From positions 19,158,001-19,222,000 of the forward strand of contig OZ281501.1 in NCBI GenBank assembly GCA_965637545.1: 64,000 nt of DNA. The letters are read 5' to 3'. The stretch is from Phallusia mammillata (taxonomy: Eukaryota). Each line of letters starts with the position of its first letter. The stretch's first letter is position 1. The notes below the pieces were generated by a model. That model did no database searches and had not been told where the DNA came from. It saw only the letters and a program-made list of their open reading frames with translations. The position numbers and the translations under genes are program-made. Of this stretch, positions 34,811-46,700 are shown piece after piece.

Positions 34811-37800
34811 AGTATCACGATTAAATCGTTGACGTTTATGAAACTATGCAGACGAAACATCCCAAACAGCACTACAAACAGTATTGCCAGGTGAAATTTT
34901 CCAAATCCTTTAATAGGCTTGTCAAAATTAGCCAAAGAAACGCAACTGCGTAATAACTTGAAAACAATACCAAAACGAGCTCAGGGTGACTGTCATTTAA
35001 ATGCTTACAAAGACGCGTGCATGTCAAAATGCAATTAAAATAACAAAAAAAACCTTTCGACAACTTGCTTAAAAAAACCAACGCGCAACTTGATGTCAGA
35101 AACAAGTTACAGAATTGGGCAGAAAAAGAACAACCCTGGCAACAGCACTACAAGCACTTTCACTATCACATCTTTCTACGCCAATCTGTGGTTTTGGCAG
35201 CTCAACTTTTAATACACACTTTTCTTTCGGTGCCAAAACAGATCTGTCTCATCTAGAACAACAGCAGCCCATAAAACAAAAATTCCACAAATTCCGGGTT
35301 TTCCCTTCAACTCGGCAAAACAAGTGAAATCAATAAAATCCGAGTGCCACTCGTATCGGCGCTGAACCCACTTAACAAGGCAAGCACCCTCACCAATCGT
35401 TGTGAGGGCTTTTCAAGTCAATTCAACGAAGTCAAGTCGCATGTAGCTGACGTCACGAGGTCAGGGGGCACCGATAAGGTAGCGTTTCTCTTTGCCTGCC
35501 TGAGGAACATCTGCAAACTTTCACGGTCATAAATATGACAACAACCTTGACCTTGCAACGTGGTTATAATGAATGAACGATCTATATCACTTAACCTCGC
35601 TAAAGTCTCTGTTGGTTAAATTATTACATTTTTGATGTTGGAGCTCACTGGGGCAATGAATTCTTGCAAAGTTATGTTTGCAAAGAATAACCCTTTCTAA
35701 CTCGAAACACAAAACTAATCAGTGTAATCGCAAGAGAGGGTAAATTGTAAAACTTCTAACATCTTCTACAAATTAACTGCTCAAAAACATCGTTAATCGC
35801 TGCAAGACATTAGCTTTATATTATACCGTCAATGATACATTTAAAGTACTTTAATTTTAATGTTTTCATGTGGGAAGATTTCATGCAAATCTGACCCCAT
35901 GACAAAACCACTAGAACATAACTCACTGTGCAAATAAACCGACTTCATCTCAAAGTCATGGGCTTTCCTGCAGCTCATTTTATAAATGCATGATGGGAAA
36001 TTCCCACCGATAAAAAACACTGATATTTGTTGTGGTGACATCGGAAACAGTTTTGTGGTAAACAGCACAAACCTTGACCCACATAAATATTCGTGACTAC
36101 CTGATGTTACCACTTCACTTTACTTGTATACACCACACACACACTGTACACAAACAAACTAAACCCACCGATACAACGTTAATGAGTTTTGTGCAAGTTT
36201 ATCAAAGCGAGGATTTTAATAGATCACATGACGTCACCTATATTTAAAGGTCATTTTTTTTAAATTAAAAAAAACTAACTAACTGGTCGAGTTTTAAAGC
36301 AAATCGTTACCCCCACAAGCAGGCTGCTGGTATCAAGTTGCTGCAATCCAACGCTCTGCACATAAACTGTCTAATGATTATCGTTTTTACGCAAACGAGT
36401 AAACGAGAAAGAAACGAAATACCATTTTGCCAGCCAGAACAAACTGATTGCGTGTTAAAGTAAACTCCGTAAATCATAACCATAATGCACTTGCAAACTT
36501 CAATGCACTGCGTAAATTTGTGACAAACAATTATTTACTGCTGGTTTTTCACTGTCAATCATATCTAGCAACGCAAACAACTAAATTCTTCATTTTTGTC
36601 TGGTTTAAATTTTGTTTTGTTTTCAAAAAGATCTCAATCTTTACGAAAACTACCGTAAGCTTCAACCGAATACCTCGCTTTACTTCTGACTGTAACTAGT
36701 AGATTGACAAACTGTAGCCTTCTCTGCGCCTATTGCGGACACGGTTACAAATCTCACTAAAACATCTGTTGTCGAGTGATTGAAGCGCGCAGTGAGGTCG
36801 ACTAGAAGTAGAAACACTTCAAACAAAACCATCAACTGACGAAATGACGGATTAAAGTGAAGGCATTAGCGCGCTTTGTCCCATCCACCGGGTGTCAATT
36901 AACAATCGTTTAACTGACTGCTATCATGCTGGGTGGTCAAGAAATGCGTTGAATGATTTCGAGCTCGATAATTGATTGGTTTAATTTTCTGCCAAATTCT
37001 CACCTGCCAAGTTCTTGTCAACCTGTGAGGTTTTGATTAATGACTTGTTTTTCCCAAAATCAAAATTTGTGTGTTTAAAATTTTTCTAGCTTCAAGAGTA
37101 AAGTTTTTGCCTGAAGGTAAAACCACTTTTAGATACACAATTTGCAGTTTCAAAAAATTAAGAAAAATAACTTTCGTTTTTTTAAAGTAGGTCGCAATAT
37201 AGGTGACTATAACCCAGGCGTCGTACAAAAACACATTTTAATGTTATAACTGGTCTGTATAGTGAGATAAACGTAGCCCATTTGCCGAGATTTCAAGGAA
37301 AATTAGAGTGTTAAGCAAATAATTTTGGATTGAGCGTGAGTTAGTAAAGAGTTTAAAGATTGCCAATGATTTTTCATCCACCCTAAAGTGTCATCAAAAC
37401 CGAGGCATTTTGTTGCCATCTATTTCTGTAGAGTACAGTCCTTAACAAATCTATTAAATATAAATCCCGATTTAATTTAATCAGTAACATCTGATTACGG
37501 TGACAAACTTGCTGACAGGATAAGTGCTTGATTTGACAAATTTAATCCTGTGTGGAAACAAGTCAACTGGAAATATCTTTTGTATTTCTAACTAATGAGT
37601 TTTTAATCTAAGCGCATCATCGCTTTATAACTTGCCGTTGAAAGAAGGAAGTCTAAAATACTTTCAATATTATTTCAGACTTATTTAGATTAAATCTTTT
37701 GTTGCATTTTTTAAACTAACCAAATGCCTAAAGTTCTTGCTTTAAGCGCATGGAATTTAATCCCTCTATAAGTTGACACGCACTTACCACGTGGTCACGA

Positions 37801-39938
37801 ATTCCAGTTGAAGGTCACTTCAAGGTCAGTGTCCTTTGATTTTCGACCTTGACAACTTCTATCATCGGTTGTCGGCGTCACCTCTTAGTTCTTCTATGAC
37901 GTCACTATGGGTGACTTTTCATCTCACGCTCATTGGTTTTGGTCCGGAGCGAGAGGGTGCGTATTAATCCGGCGCGGTGCAGTTCACACTTTTATATTTT
38001 CAAGCGACAACATTTAGTTACACGACAATTAACACCCAACACCACGCTGTGGAAAAAAACAACATCGGGTTAATTGGGTTCAAAACTTCTTGTGATTGAC
38101 AACAGCCAGTAGTTTTTGCACTTAACACTTCACAACCATACAAGATAGTAATGAATACCTTTTACGTTTCTAAAACAGAAACGTCCTTCAATGGCTTGAA
38201 AAAATGTCCAACGTCTACAATAGATTTCAAAACTGATGATTTGTTTGTTTGATTTTTGACCTGGACCTTTCACTAATTACTGCAAAACTATACAAGACAT
38301 ATAACTCAATAATCACCAATCATAGCACGCCAGGCCCATACCAAATGATACCAAATTTGCTTCCCAAGCATTCTCGTATGGCAAGGCAGAGACTAAAAAA
38401 ATATTCACCACTATTATTTATCGTTTTCCGATCACATTAGATCATTGAAATAGGTCGGTAACATACATCTGATGTCCAGTCTGATCTAATCCACAACCCC
38501 TTCGTATCCCCTCGCCCTACTCAAGACTCAACAACAGCACGTTACCCCATGTAGTTAGGTTTAGCCCGAAAACACACAAAATACTTCGTGTGCGGTTATG
38601 GACATAAACATTGCTGGGTTATTCATGTACAGAGGATGGTTGAACATCGTCGCTAAATCAACTCAAGACATTAAGTTAGTCGTTCGAGAATTAAACGTCT
38701 ATTGTTAACGTGAAAGGATATTATGACGTGAATATGACATAAGTTTATCTCGGTTGTTTTGAATTAAAGAAAGATTGTCTGTCGTTTTGTTGAAATACCC
38801 AGCACCAAACCCTTAAACCAAAGTTTTGATACTTTTCTTATATGTTTCTTATCTATTACGACAACAACGCCTTCACTTCTACATTTCTCTCGGTTTTAGT
38901 ATTGATTGTCATTACGTCATTAGATGACGAAACTCATCAATTATTTGTTCAAGAAATGCTGAAAGTCACTTTCTCTAAAGGTTTAAAAACGTTTCAGTTG
39001 TTTGAAGTCCTGGAAAAAACCCAAGAAAGTTGTTGACGAATTGTCTGCATCAAAAACAGAAACATTTGGGCAAATCTTCTAAGCCATTAATACTTAGTAA
39101 GAACTCCTCCTTTACAAGGTCACGATCAAAACAAAATAATTTCTAAATAACCCATTTGGCAATTCAGACGCTCCTACTTCACGTTCCTTAGTTTTCACAA
39201 CGGTTGGCGCACCTTTGAACACGATTCACCAATTTGAAGCTCACGTTGCGGTGTCGGGTTACATTGTTGTTACTCGCGAGTCAAGAGGCCAGAACTAATA
39301 GCAGTTGAAAGTGAAGCGGCCTAACAGCTCGTCACGATGACTGTCTGTGAAAACCGCAGCGTGAATGAACTTCACAAAACTGTTGTACTTTCTGATCGGT
39401 TGGTTCGTATTGCGACGCGGTAGACGATTATCAAAGGGTTTCCAACGGTATTTCAGCCGAAGACCAATTAGGTAAAGCTTTTAATCCATATACATTGATA
39501 ACGGAATGTTTTCTTTGAAACATTGTGTTGATAGTTGCGAAAAGGGCAATGTTTAAGCGTTTATTTCAGATAGCTCTATTAATTTCAAGTGCATTAATTC
39601 ATTGAGGCCTTTACATCTGGGCAATTTTCAGATGATAATCCAACCGTCTCAAGCGCTCATTTTCGAGTCCGACAAATTGAATATCAAATTATTATTCCCC
39701 TTTTTAGACTCAACGTCGAATAGGAAAGCACAAAGTCAAATTTAATAACAGCATTTCCCAGTCTACCGTGACCTTATATGACCCCAAAACAACTTTCAAT
39801 AACCCCACATGGGGTCCGTGTGTGGGGCGGAAAAGGGGGTCGCGCAACGATGAACTTGAATAGGGGTGAAAGTCGGGACCAGCTTGGGGGTAACTCGGGC
39901 CCCACGGGAAAGCGGCTTCCCAACTTATCTACGTCACT

Positions 39939-39952
39939 GTCACCATGGCAAC
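39939..39952. promoter_or_regulatory. RFX X-box inside a GC-rich island (39770-40030)
   Basis: GTCACCATGGCAAC fits the X-box consensus GTNRCC(N0-3)RGYAAC. A GGGGCGG GC-box lies ~115 bp upstream. Confidence 0.4.
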
Positions 39953-41718
39953 CGTGGTGTTTTCGGGTAAACACGAGGATTTCGAGATGACTAGAGATTT
40001 GTGAATTCCGGTGTTGTCAGCGTAATAACCCAAGCAGCGCTTCTAGATAAGTGCAGACGTTTTGTCGTTAGCTTAGTAAACTTCATGGTTTGAATATCAT
40101 TACTATTTTAGCTAAAATGAACATAAATTTATTCTCGGATCAGCCCTGAAGCGTTCATGCAGACCAGCGATCACGGAATACTTATGTATGAACCATAGTG
40201 CGCCAAGCAGATTCGGTATAACGCCTTCAAATTGCCTGACGTGCAATGATCGTTGCCGTTTTAGTATTTAAGTCCAATAAAAAAAACATTGCAAAACGTC
40301 TTGCCTCTCTTGCAGTCAGAATTTGGGATAAAACTCATATGTGCTGCATCTACTTTACTGTGCTGGCTGTAAGCTATAACACACCTCAACCACTATAATA
40401 TGTTTCATCCGTAACAAGACTTTTATCCATTACGTATAACAACTTGACTTTACTTAGTAAAACGCATTTCCGACCTCAACGCACCTGTTCAATAAAACGT
40501 GTTTAACACAGCGCTGATAGATTTGCCATCTGAACTTAACACGTGTAAGCAGTAACAGAAACCCAAGCACCCCTTAACCATTAGTAGGCATCCAACTACG
40601 CTGGTGTACACAGGTGTGAAAGTGCGATGTGGCGTTAAAAGTCAAAACATTGAAACATTGTTCCATTATCGACTCGTTCAAAGTCGTGCTTCTAACAACA
40701 ATGTATTTCTTTTGATACACCGCAACTTAGCCACCAACCATTTCACGCTGTAACCAACAATTTCTCCCATTACTTTTGTAAATTGTTAGCATGCTTCTCG
40801 TCTCGCTTTGAACTTTAAAACAGAGATTTGACTGCTGATTGCTAACAAATAGAGAAACTTCACACCATAGTCACCTAATGTGTTATGTAACCACTATTGC
40901 TGTGTATAAACTGAGCATGCGATGTGACCGGTTCAGCATTAGATTGGTTTTAGATATAGGTGATAACTTATATTTGCTGTACCTTGGTGTTTTGTCTATA
41001 TTTCAACAGATTTACGTTTAAAACATTTATAAACCAGGAACAAAATGGGCATTGAAGTATAGCACAAGAACTAGTTTGTATTTCCTTAAACGTCTTGGTC
41101 TAACTATTTTCTTTATTAACTCAAAGCGGACATTTGATCGCATTTTCGGATATAAACATGCAAAGTGCTATGACATCACGAACTTAAAAGTGCTGCAGTT
41201 GCATGGAAAGGTGGCCAAGTTTATCATATTCGAACATTCCTCTGTTAACAAGACATTGAACTTTCCACACAATCGATCGATCATCGAAGACAAGTAAAAT
41301 TGGCTGAACACGACTTGTTACGTCACTACGTGACCTTGTACTTGAATCAGGTGTTGTCACGTGACCTTCTGCTTGTTTTCGATCATAAAACGCTGATCGC
41401 TCGTTCAGTTTGTTTACGTAAAGAAACGTCGTACATTCGAGCACGGGGTTGGACTGCACTGGCAACGTTATTGTTCGCACTGTTTTAATTCACGACTTTT
41501 TGTTTGTTTCACAAAATTTCTGCTTTGTTATTTTTACTAACTTTCGAAACAACTTACTTAAATAGAACTTTCTTTGCATGAGCAGTAAAGACGAGAAAAA
41601 ACTCTAACCGGCAAAGTTTTGTAACAACTTATCAAGGCTATTGACGCTATACTTCTGTTCATAAGTTAAATTATGAATATAACGACCCAAATAGACGTAA
41701 AAAGCGTCATGCTTAATT

Positions 41719-41768
41719 GTTGAAAAGTTTCGACGCGCTGAGTATAAAAAGCGCGTCATTAAATCAAA
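41719..41768 (-). ncRNA. Degenerate hammerhead-like motif (family copy) with alternative 8-bp stem II
   Basis: Minus strand: TTTAAT-GACGCGCT-(10 nt)-AGCGCGTC-GAAA-CTTT-TCAAC. The downstream sequence matches the 43560-43628 family tail. Confidence 0.35.
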
Positions 41769-43129
41769 GCTTTCTACAATGCTTTCTTGACAAAATACTT
41801 CTAAACAAACATTTTGTTTCTGGATCAACAACTGAACTTTCTCGCTTCCAAACATTAAATGCAATAGATTTCAATCAGAGATCTTGGTGCTCAAGTTAAT
41901 GGTGCAATCCTGTAATACAACATAATCCTGCTGTCACATTAGTCCACTGCTAAGATTCTCATGGGACCGGAGGTAATTAGGTCCACCGTTTCACCTCGGG
42001 TGTCCGATCTGCCCACCGCGGGAATTTTGTCGATAAATTGCGGCGGAGATCACAAGTTTTACTCAATTCTGGCTCAAGTTAACGTCACGAAACGTGGAGG
42101 CATTAATAATTGATATTTTCCAACAGTGTTTTTTTGCAGAACTTGCAAATTAAGTTTATCTTTGATGGGTATTTCCCCTGACCTGCAATTGAGCGCTCCT
42201 TCGAGAATTAAGCGGATCGTAATTATTGACGTCACAATATCGATTGTTAACCTTGTTTGAACAGTGGAACTGGAACAATTGATACAAACAGATAAAACCG
42301 GAACACACAAGCGTTTGTTTTAATTAATTTGATTGAACGATCAAACCAGCCCAAAACGACCAGATGCTAAATTTCACAAAATGTTTTTCAGTTATGGTTA
42401 ATGGCGACTAAAACTCGGATTCTGATAAACCCGAAACTTTCGAGACCAACCTCACTTTCCAATGTTCAAAAAATCATAAAACCATATGACATTTTAAACT
42501 TTACATGACAACTTACAAGCTATGCTTCGACTTCCAGCGCAAACAATAAAACTCAGAAACTAGAAAACAGATTCACACCCTGCCAAATCCTGTTTATGCG
42601 AAAGTTGTAAGTCCGACACGAGAAGTTGTTTGCCAGACAAGCCGAGTGTGGAATCGTATAAAGTTTCAATCCATCTCCTAATTACTCAATTAAGCCACAA
42701 AATCGAACCTCAGCCAAAAAGCTGCTTCACATATCCGATATCACTAATTCGTCATACATGATAGTGACGTCACAATGCAAATCGCGCCTGTGTGTGACGT
42801 CACAGGGGATCGCGTTCGGTCTCGTCACCTCGTCGCTGCTGTCAATGGGATTAGATTGTTTTCTTTGTGACGTGACAGTGAGCAAACAATGGAAGGCGCG
42901 CGACGTTCGAGATAAACCGGACGCGGTCTGTTCGAGTTTTACCCCCCTCCTGTGTAAAGTGAGTTGGATTGTTGATATAACACAGATCTACACCGGGATT
43001 TCTCGAGCACAAGATGTCGCACGCATCGAATCGTTGAAGATTTCCACGTGTGTGTTGATGTTTATCGGATCAAACCATCTAACAAGGCTTAAAATCCATT
43101 CCAACTCGAAAGCCAGACATGCAGACACT

Positions 43130-43340
43130 TTGTGAATTTGCTTTGGCATTCTTACTTTAATAAACTTAGAGGTCTTGTTGTCGCGCTTTCCAATTAAGTA
43201 ATGCTAAATGCAGACCCTTGCATGATTCGCTCGAGAGCTCACACTGTCTCCAATTGCGTTGAAGCAAATTAATATTTTGTGAAATTGCTTTGGCATTGTA
43301 ACTTAAATGTCAAAACAAGCCTTGTTGTCGCGTTCCAAGT
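43130..43340 (+). repeat. Locally duplicated ~110-bp repeat, third copy at ~46367-46480
   Basis: Shared GAAGCAAATTAA.ATTTTGTGAAATTGCTTTGGCATT..AACT.AAATGTCA..CTTG.TGTCG. Confidence 0.7.
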
Positions 43341-43559
43341 CAAAGACAAATATGCAGATTGGGGCAACCAACTGTTTTGATTTACAATCACAACCACCAT
43401 AGGATGCTGTAAATATTGAACTGTTCTGCCCCAAAAAGAGGGACTCGTTATGAAGCCTAACAGCAAAAAAGCTTTTTCTCAAAACGTTTGGGCATAGACA
43501 AACATGCGAAAATAGTAAACCAAATGATTAAATTTGAAGATGATTTGGAACACTATATA

Positions 43560-43778
43560 CGGATCTGTTCATAAGTTTAATGGTGAAAATAACGGCCCAA
43601 ATAGACGTAAAAGGCGACATGCTTTATTGTTCAAACGTTTCGGCAAATGCTCATGCCATCATCAATGAAATGAAGGCCACATCAGTTACACCCGTTTATA
43701 TACACTTTAGTCGCATAAAGGAATGATATAAAGCATGTCGCTTTTTACGTCTATTTGGGCCGTTATTTTCACCATTAA
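43560..43778 (-). mobile_element. Penelope-like pseudo-LTR fragment with an inverted terminal duplication
   Basis: On the minus strand the order is TATATAAA (43702-43695), hammerhead motif (43670-43629), AATAAA (43628-43623). A ~47-bp inverted repeat links 43581-43627 and 43728-43774 with one mismatch. Homologous stretches lie at ~41650-41770, ~52100-52190 and ~63000-63110. Confidence 0.6.
43629..43670 (-). ncRNA. Minimal type-I hammerhead ribozyme motif (C3>U)
   Basis: TTTCA-TTGATGA-T-GGCA-TGAGCATT-TGCC-GAAA-CGTT-TGAAC: perfect stem II, palindromic ACGT stem III, 4-bp stem I. Confidence 0.6.
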
Positions 43779-46700
43779 AGATGATTTATTTGCGAATATT
43801 GAAAGGTTGACTTTCTTGCTTGTCAATATCAGAAACAAACCGATTTTCGACATAAAATCTTACACTAAAAGTCATACAATGCTACACATTAGGAGAAAAG
43901 AACAATCTCTTTATCTAAACAACCCGAACCCATAAGCACCCGAAATTTGAAAACAACTTAATGACGCAGCAAAGATCCAACGTTGAATCGAAATCTTTTG
44001 TCATTTTCCCGACAGTGCAGCTTATCGTATCAAGTTAATATCACGTTGTTCGTTTCCTTTCTTCGCAATACAAAAGCGCCCTAACCCGTCCAGGTTTTGC
44101 CAAATTGTTGCGACGATGAAAGTGAATCATCTCATAGATACGATAATACCTAAGAGTTCGCCGGATAAAGGTTTTTTTACACAGGATCGGAAGGATTTAA
44201 TGATTGTTGATGGTTTAAGTTGCGACTTTTTAAGCTTAAAGCGAACTTTTATTGTCGTTCCATTACTCTTCATCCTTTATCGTAAAATATGTATTTGTAG
44301 TGTCGTAAAATTTGAGTTTCTGAACAAGTTTTCTAAAACCGAACAATTCACATATATTCTTCTTCTGCTGTCCAATAAACGCAAAAGATTTGTTCTTTTT
44401 TGCCAGGTAAAGTGCAAGATTTTTTCTATAACCAGCGGACATATCCCCTCAACCAAGCCAAACCAACAAAACCGTGAACCAATACAGCACAACACAAGCG
44501 TTTCAACCGTCATAAAAAAACACTAATGTTTCTTTACTAAAATCTCCTTGCAAACATTTTTTTCTCTAAACTTTTCTGTCAGCGGTTTCACATTCGGCTT
44601 GGCAGAAAAAAATCAACGAATCTTTTAAAAATATTCACCAGCCAAATGTCAACCAAACTGAACTTTCAGATTTTACTATTTTTATCTCAGGTTTGAATGT
44701 GGACGCTATTTACTTTGCCACTTGACTGGATCTTTCAAGCAGCCTCTTTTCCGGCCTCGTCTCTTTCCTGCTTTTAATCTCACAACGCGACGATGGATTT
44801 CTTCCGACACCCAACAAAACAAAAATCCCTGAAAGCTCCAACCGATTCGTGTAGATTTACCACACAAGTTGAACATTGGAATAGTTTTCCTGTCATAAAG
44901 TGAGTTTTTCGAAACGACTTCTAAAAAATAATGGCACTCGGTATAGAGTCATTTCTTCTACACAAATTTGATTCCTGTTTTTTCAGATTAAACGCTCAAG
45001 TAAATATGGTCCATATTAACGAGGCTCATATTTTAAAGGCGTTTTCTACTTAACACATACTTCCTAAAGCCTAACTGTTTTGCTTTTGATATTAACCAGC
45101 TCACAATTTCCAAGTAAAAAGGACCGCATCCAAGTCTTATACAATTTAAACAAGATTTTTTAAACGTTGGTTTATGGCACGCAGTACGAGTTAGTACGTG
45201 AGTTCTGGGACGTGCTTCGCAAAGCACAAAGTACAAACTGATCTCGTTGCTGAAGTGAGTTATTGCTTTCTGTCGTCCCGGTAAAATTTGCAGGAAAAAC
45301 TGAATACTTTGCCATATTGTCTCAATATTTACTTTGGATTCAATATTAGTTGTTGTGGTGGTGGCGATATATTCTCAACTTCTGCAAACACTCCTACGGC
45401 ACAAAACAAATGTTTTACTCAAAATACGAAAACCAACTTGGCTCAGAGAACAACGATGTCTTTGTTCTAAGAAACTAATTAGACATGTGAACTTTATGCT
45501 CAGGTGCATGTTTTAGCTGGTTTTAGTTTTTGACCTTTCTATGTACAATAGCGTCGCCAGTAGAAGCACGCAATCATGCCATGTTTTAGCCGTCTGAATT
45601 GTAACGTCATTTTATTTTCACTGCAAGCCTGTGTTGTCTGCATCGAAGAGATCCCAAACAAACACATCAAAACTTTACAGAAAAATAAACGAAACACGAT
45701 TCTTTGGAAAATTTCAAGCATTTTCTGCATATTTGTCTTACGTTTATACCTTACTTTATCCACTCATTCTACCTCATAAAATACAAATTCACATACTCTT
45801 TACAGAGCTATCATAGAGCCTGATATTCCTAGCAACAACGCACACGTTTACAACAAGAACAATAAACGACCTAATCCCCTGTCCAGCTTCACCTGCCGTC
45901 TACAAATCACAGCTTAACGCCGTCCAGAAATTTAACACTGATTCCTAATGCCGCTGGCGGATGCACCAAATTCGTCCGCTGCCCCCCTTAGCACGCAAAC
46001 GACAGACGGTTAAAAACAAACACAAATCGCGAGGCTCGCGCGGCGCGAAATAATAAAAGAAGAATAAGCGATTTCCTGAATCCCAACAGCGAGATGTCGC
46101 TCGCTTGGTTGAACGTAAACAGAATAATAGACATCGAACTTTCTCCTCGCGTCGTTTCAGGTAAACTCATCGGGTTTTCGGTGGCGGTCGTGCGCAGTGG
46201 TGCGTGTCGCCGACGTTTGAAGGCAGATCGGATGAGGGGAACGATATCACGTGACCTATATGCTGAAGGTTCGGATTGCAGGGAGCGGTAAATCACGTGG
46301 AAATTGCAAATGTCTCGCGAGGGCCATTATCGTATAAAGTGCCAATACACAGGGATAAGGCGCTTTGTAATTCAAACGCTTGTGATCTCTTAGTGACTTA
46401 AATTGCGCTTGAAGCAAATTAACATTTTGTGAAATTGCTTTGGCATTATAACTGAAATGTCAGAACGGGTCTTGCTGTCGGAAGTCTCACTACCCGCGAA
46501 ACTGTTGTAACTGGAAAAAATGACGAAGCATGTTACTGCCAACAAACTGGAGTACCATTAGATCGCTACTCAAGCCAACGTGCCCAATGTCTCGTCACCA
46601 GCTGCACTGATAAGAAGGTTGAAAACGATGTACTGTCTGCAGCTTAATTGTGAAATAGCTTGATTTCCAGTGTTGTTGTTGCTGGAACTCTCTACCATGT

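Noticed and set aside
37835-37875. CCGATGA...GAAA hammerhead-like string on the minus strand
   Set aside because: The core is mutated, stems I and II do not pair, and it is not homologous to the repeat family.
37005-37990. Possible NAV coding exons (..DTDLEVTFNWNRDHV|GTAAGT near 37787, and a 19-nt micro-exon near 37012-37030)
   Set aside because: Acceptors are weak, a stop lies just upstream, and there is no NAV similarity. The pattern is compatible with chance.
44116-44526. 136-aa plus-strand ORF in the gene-free interval (also 45988-46296 and 42758-43135)
   Set aside because: There are no domains, no splice-compatible neighbours, and the amino-acid composition is AT-biased. These are probably spurious.
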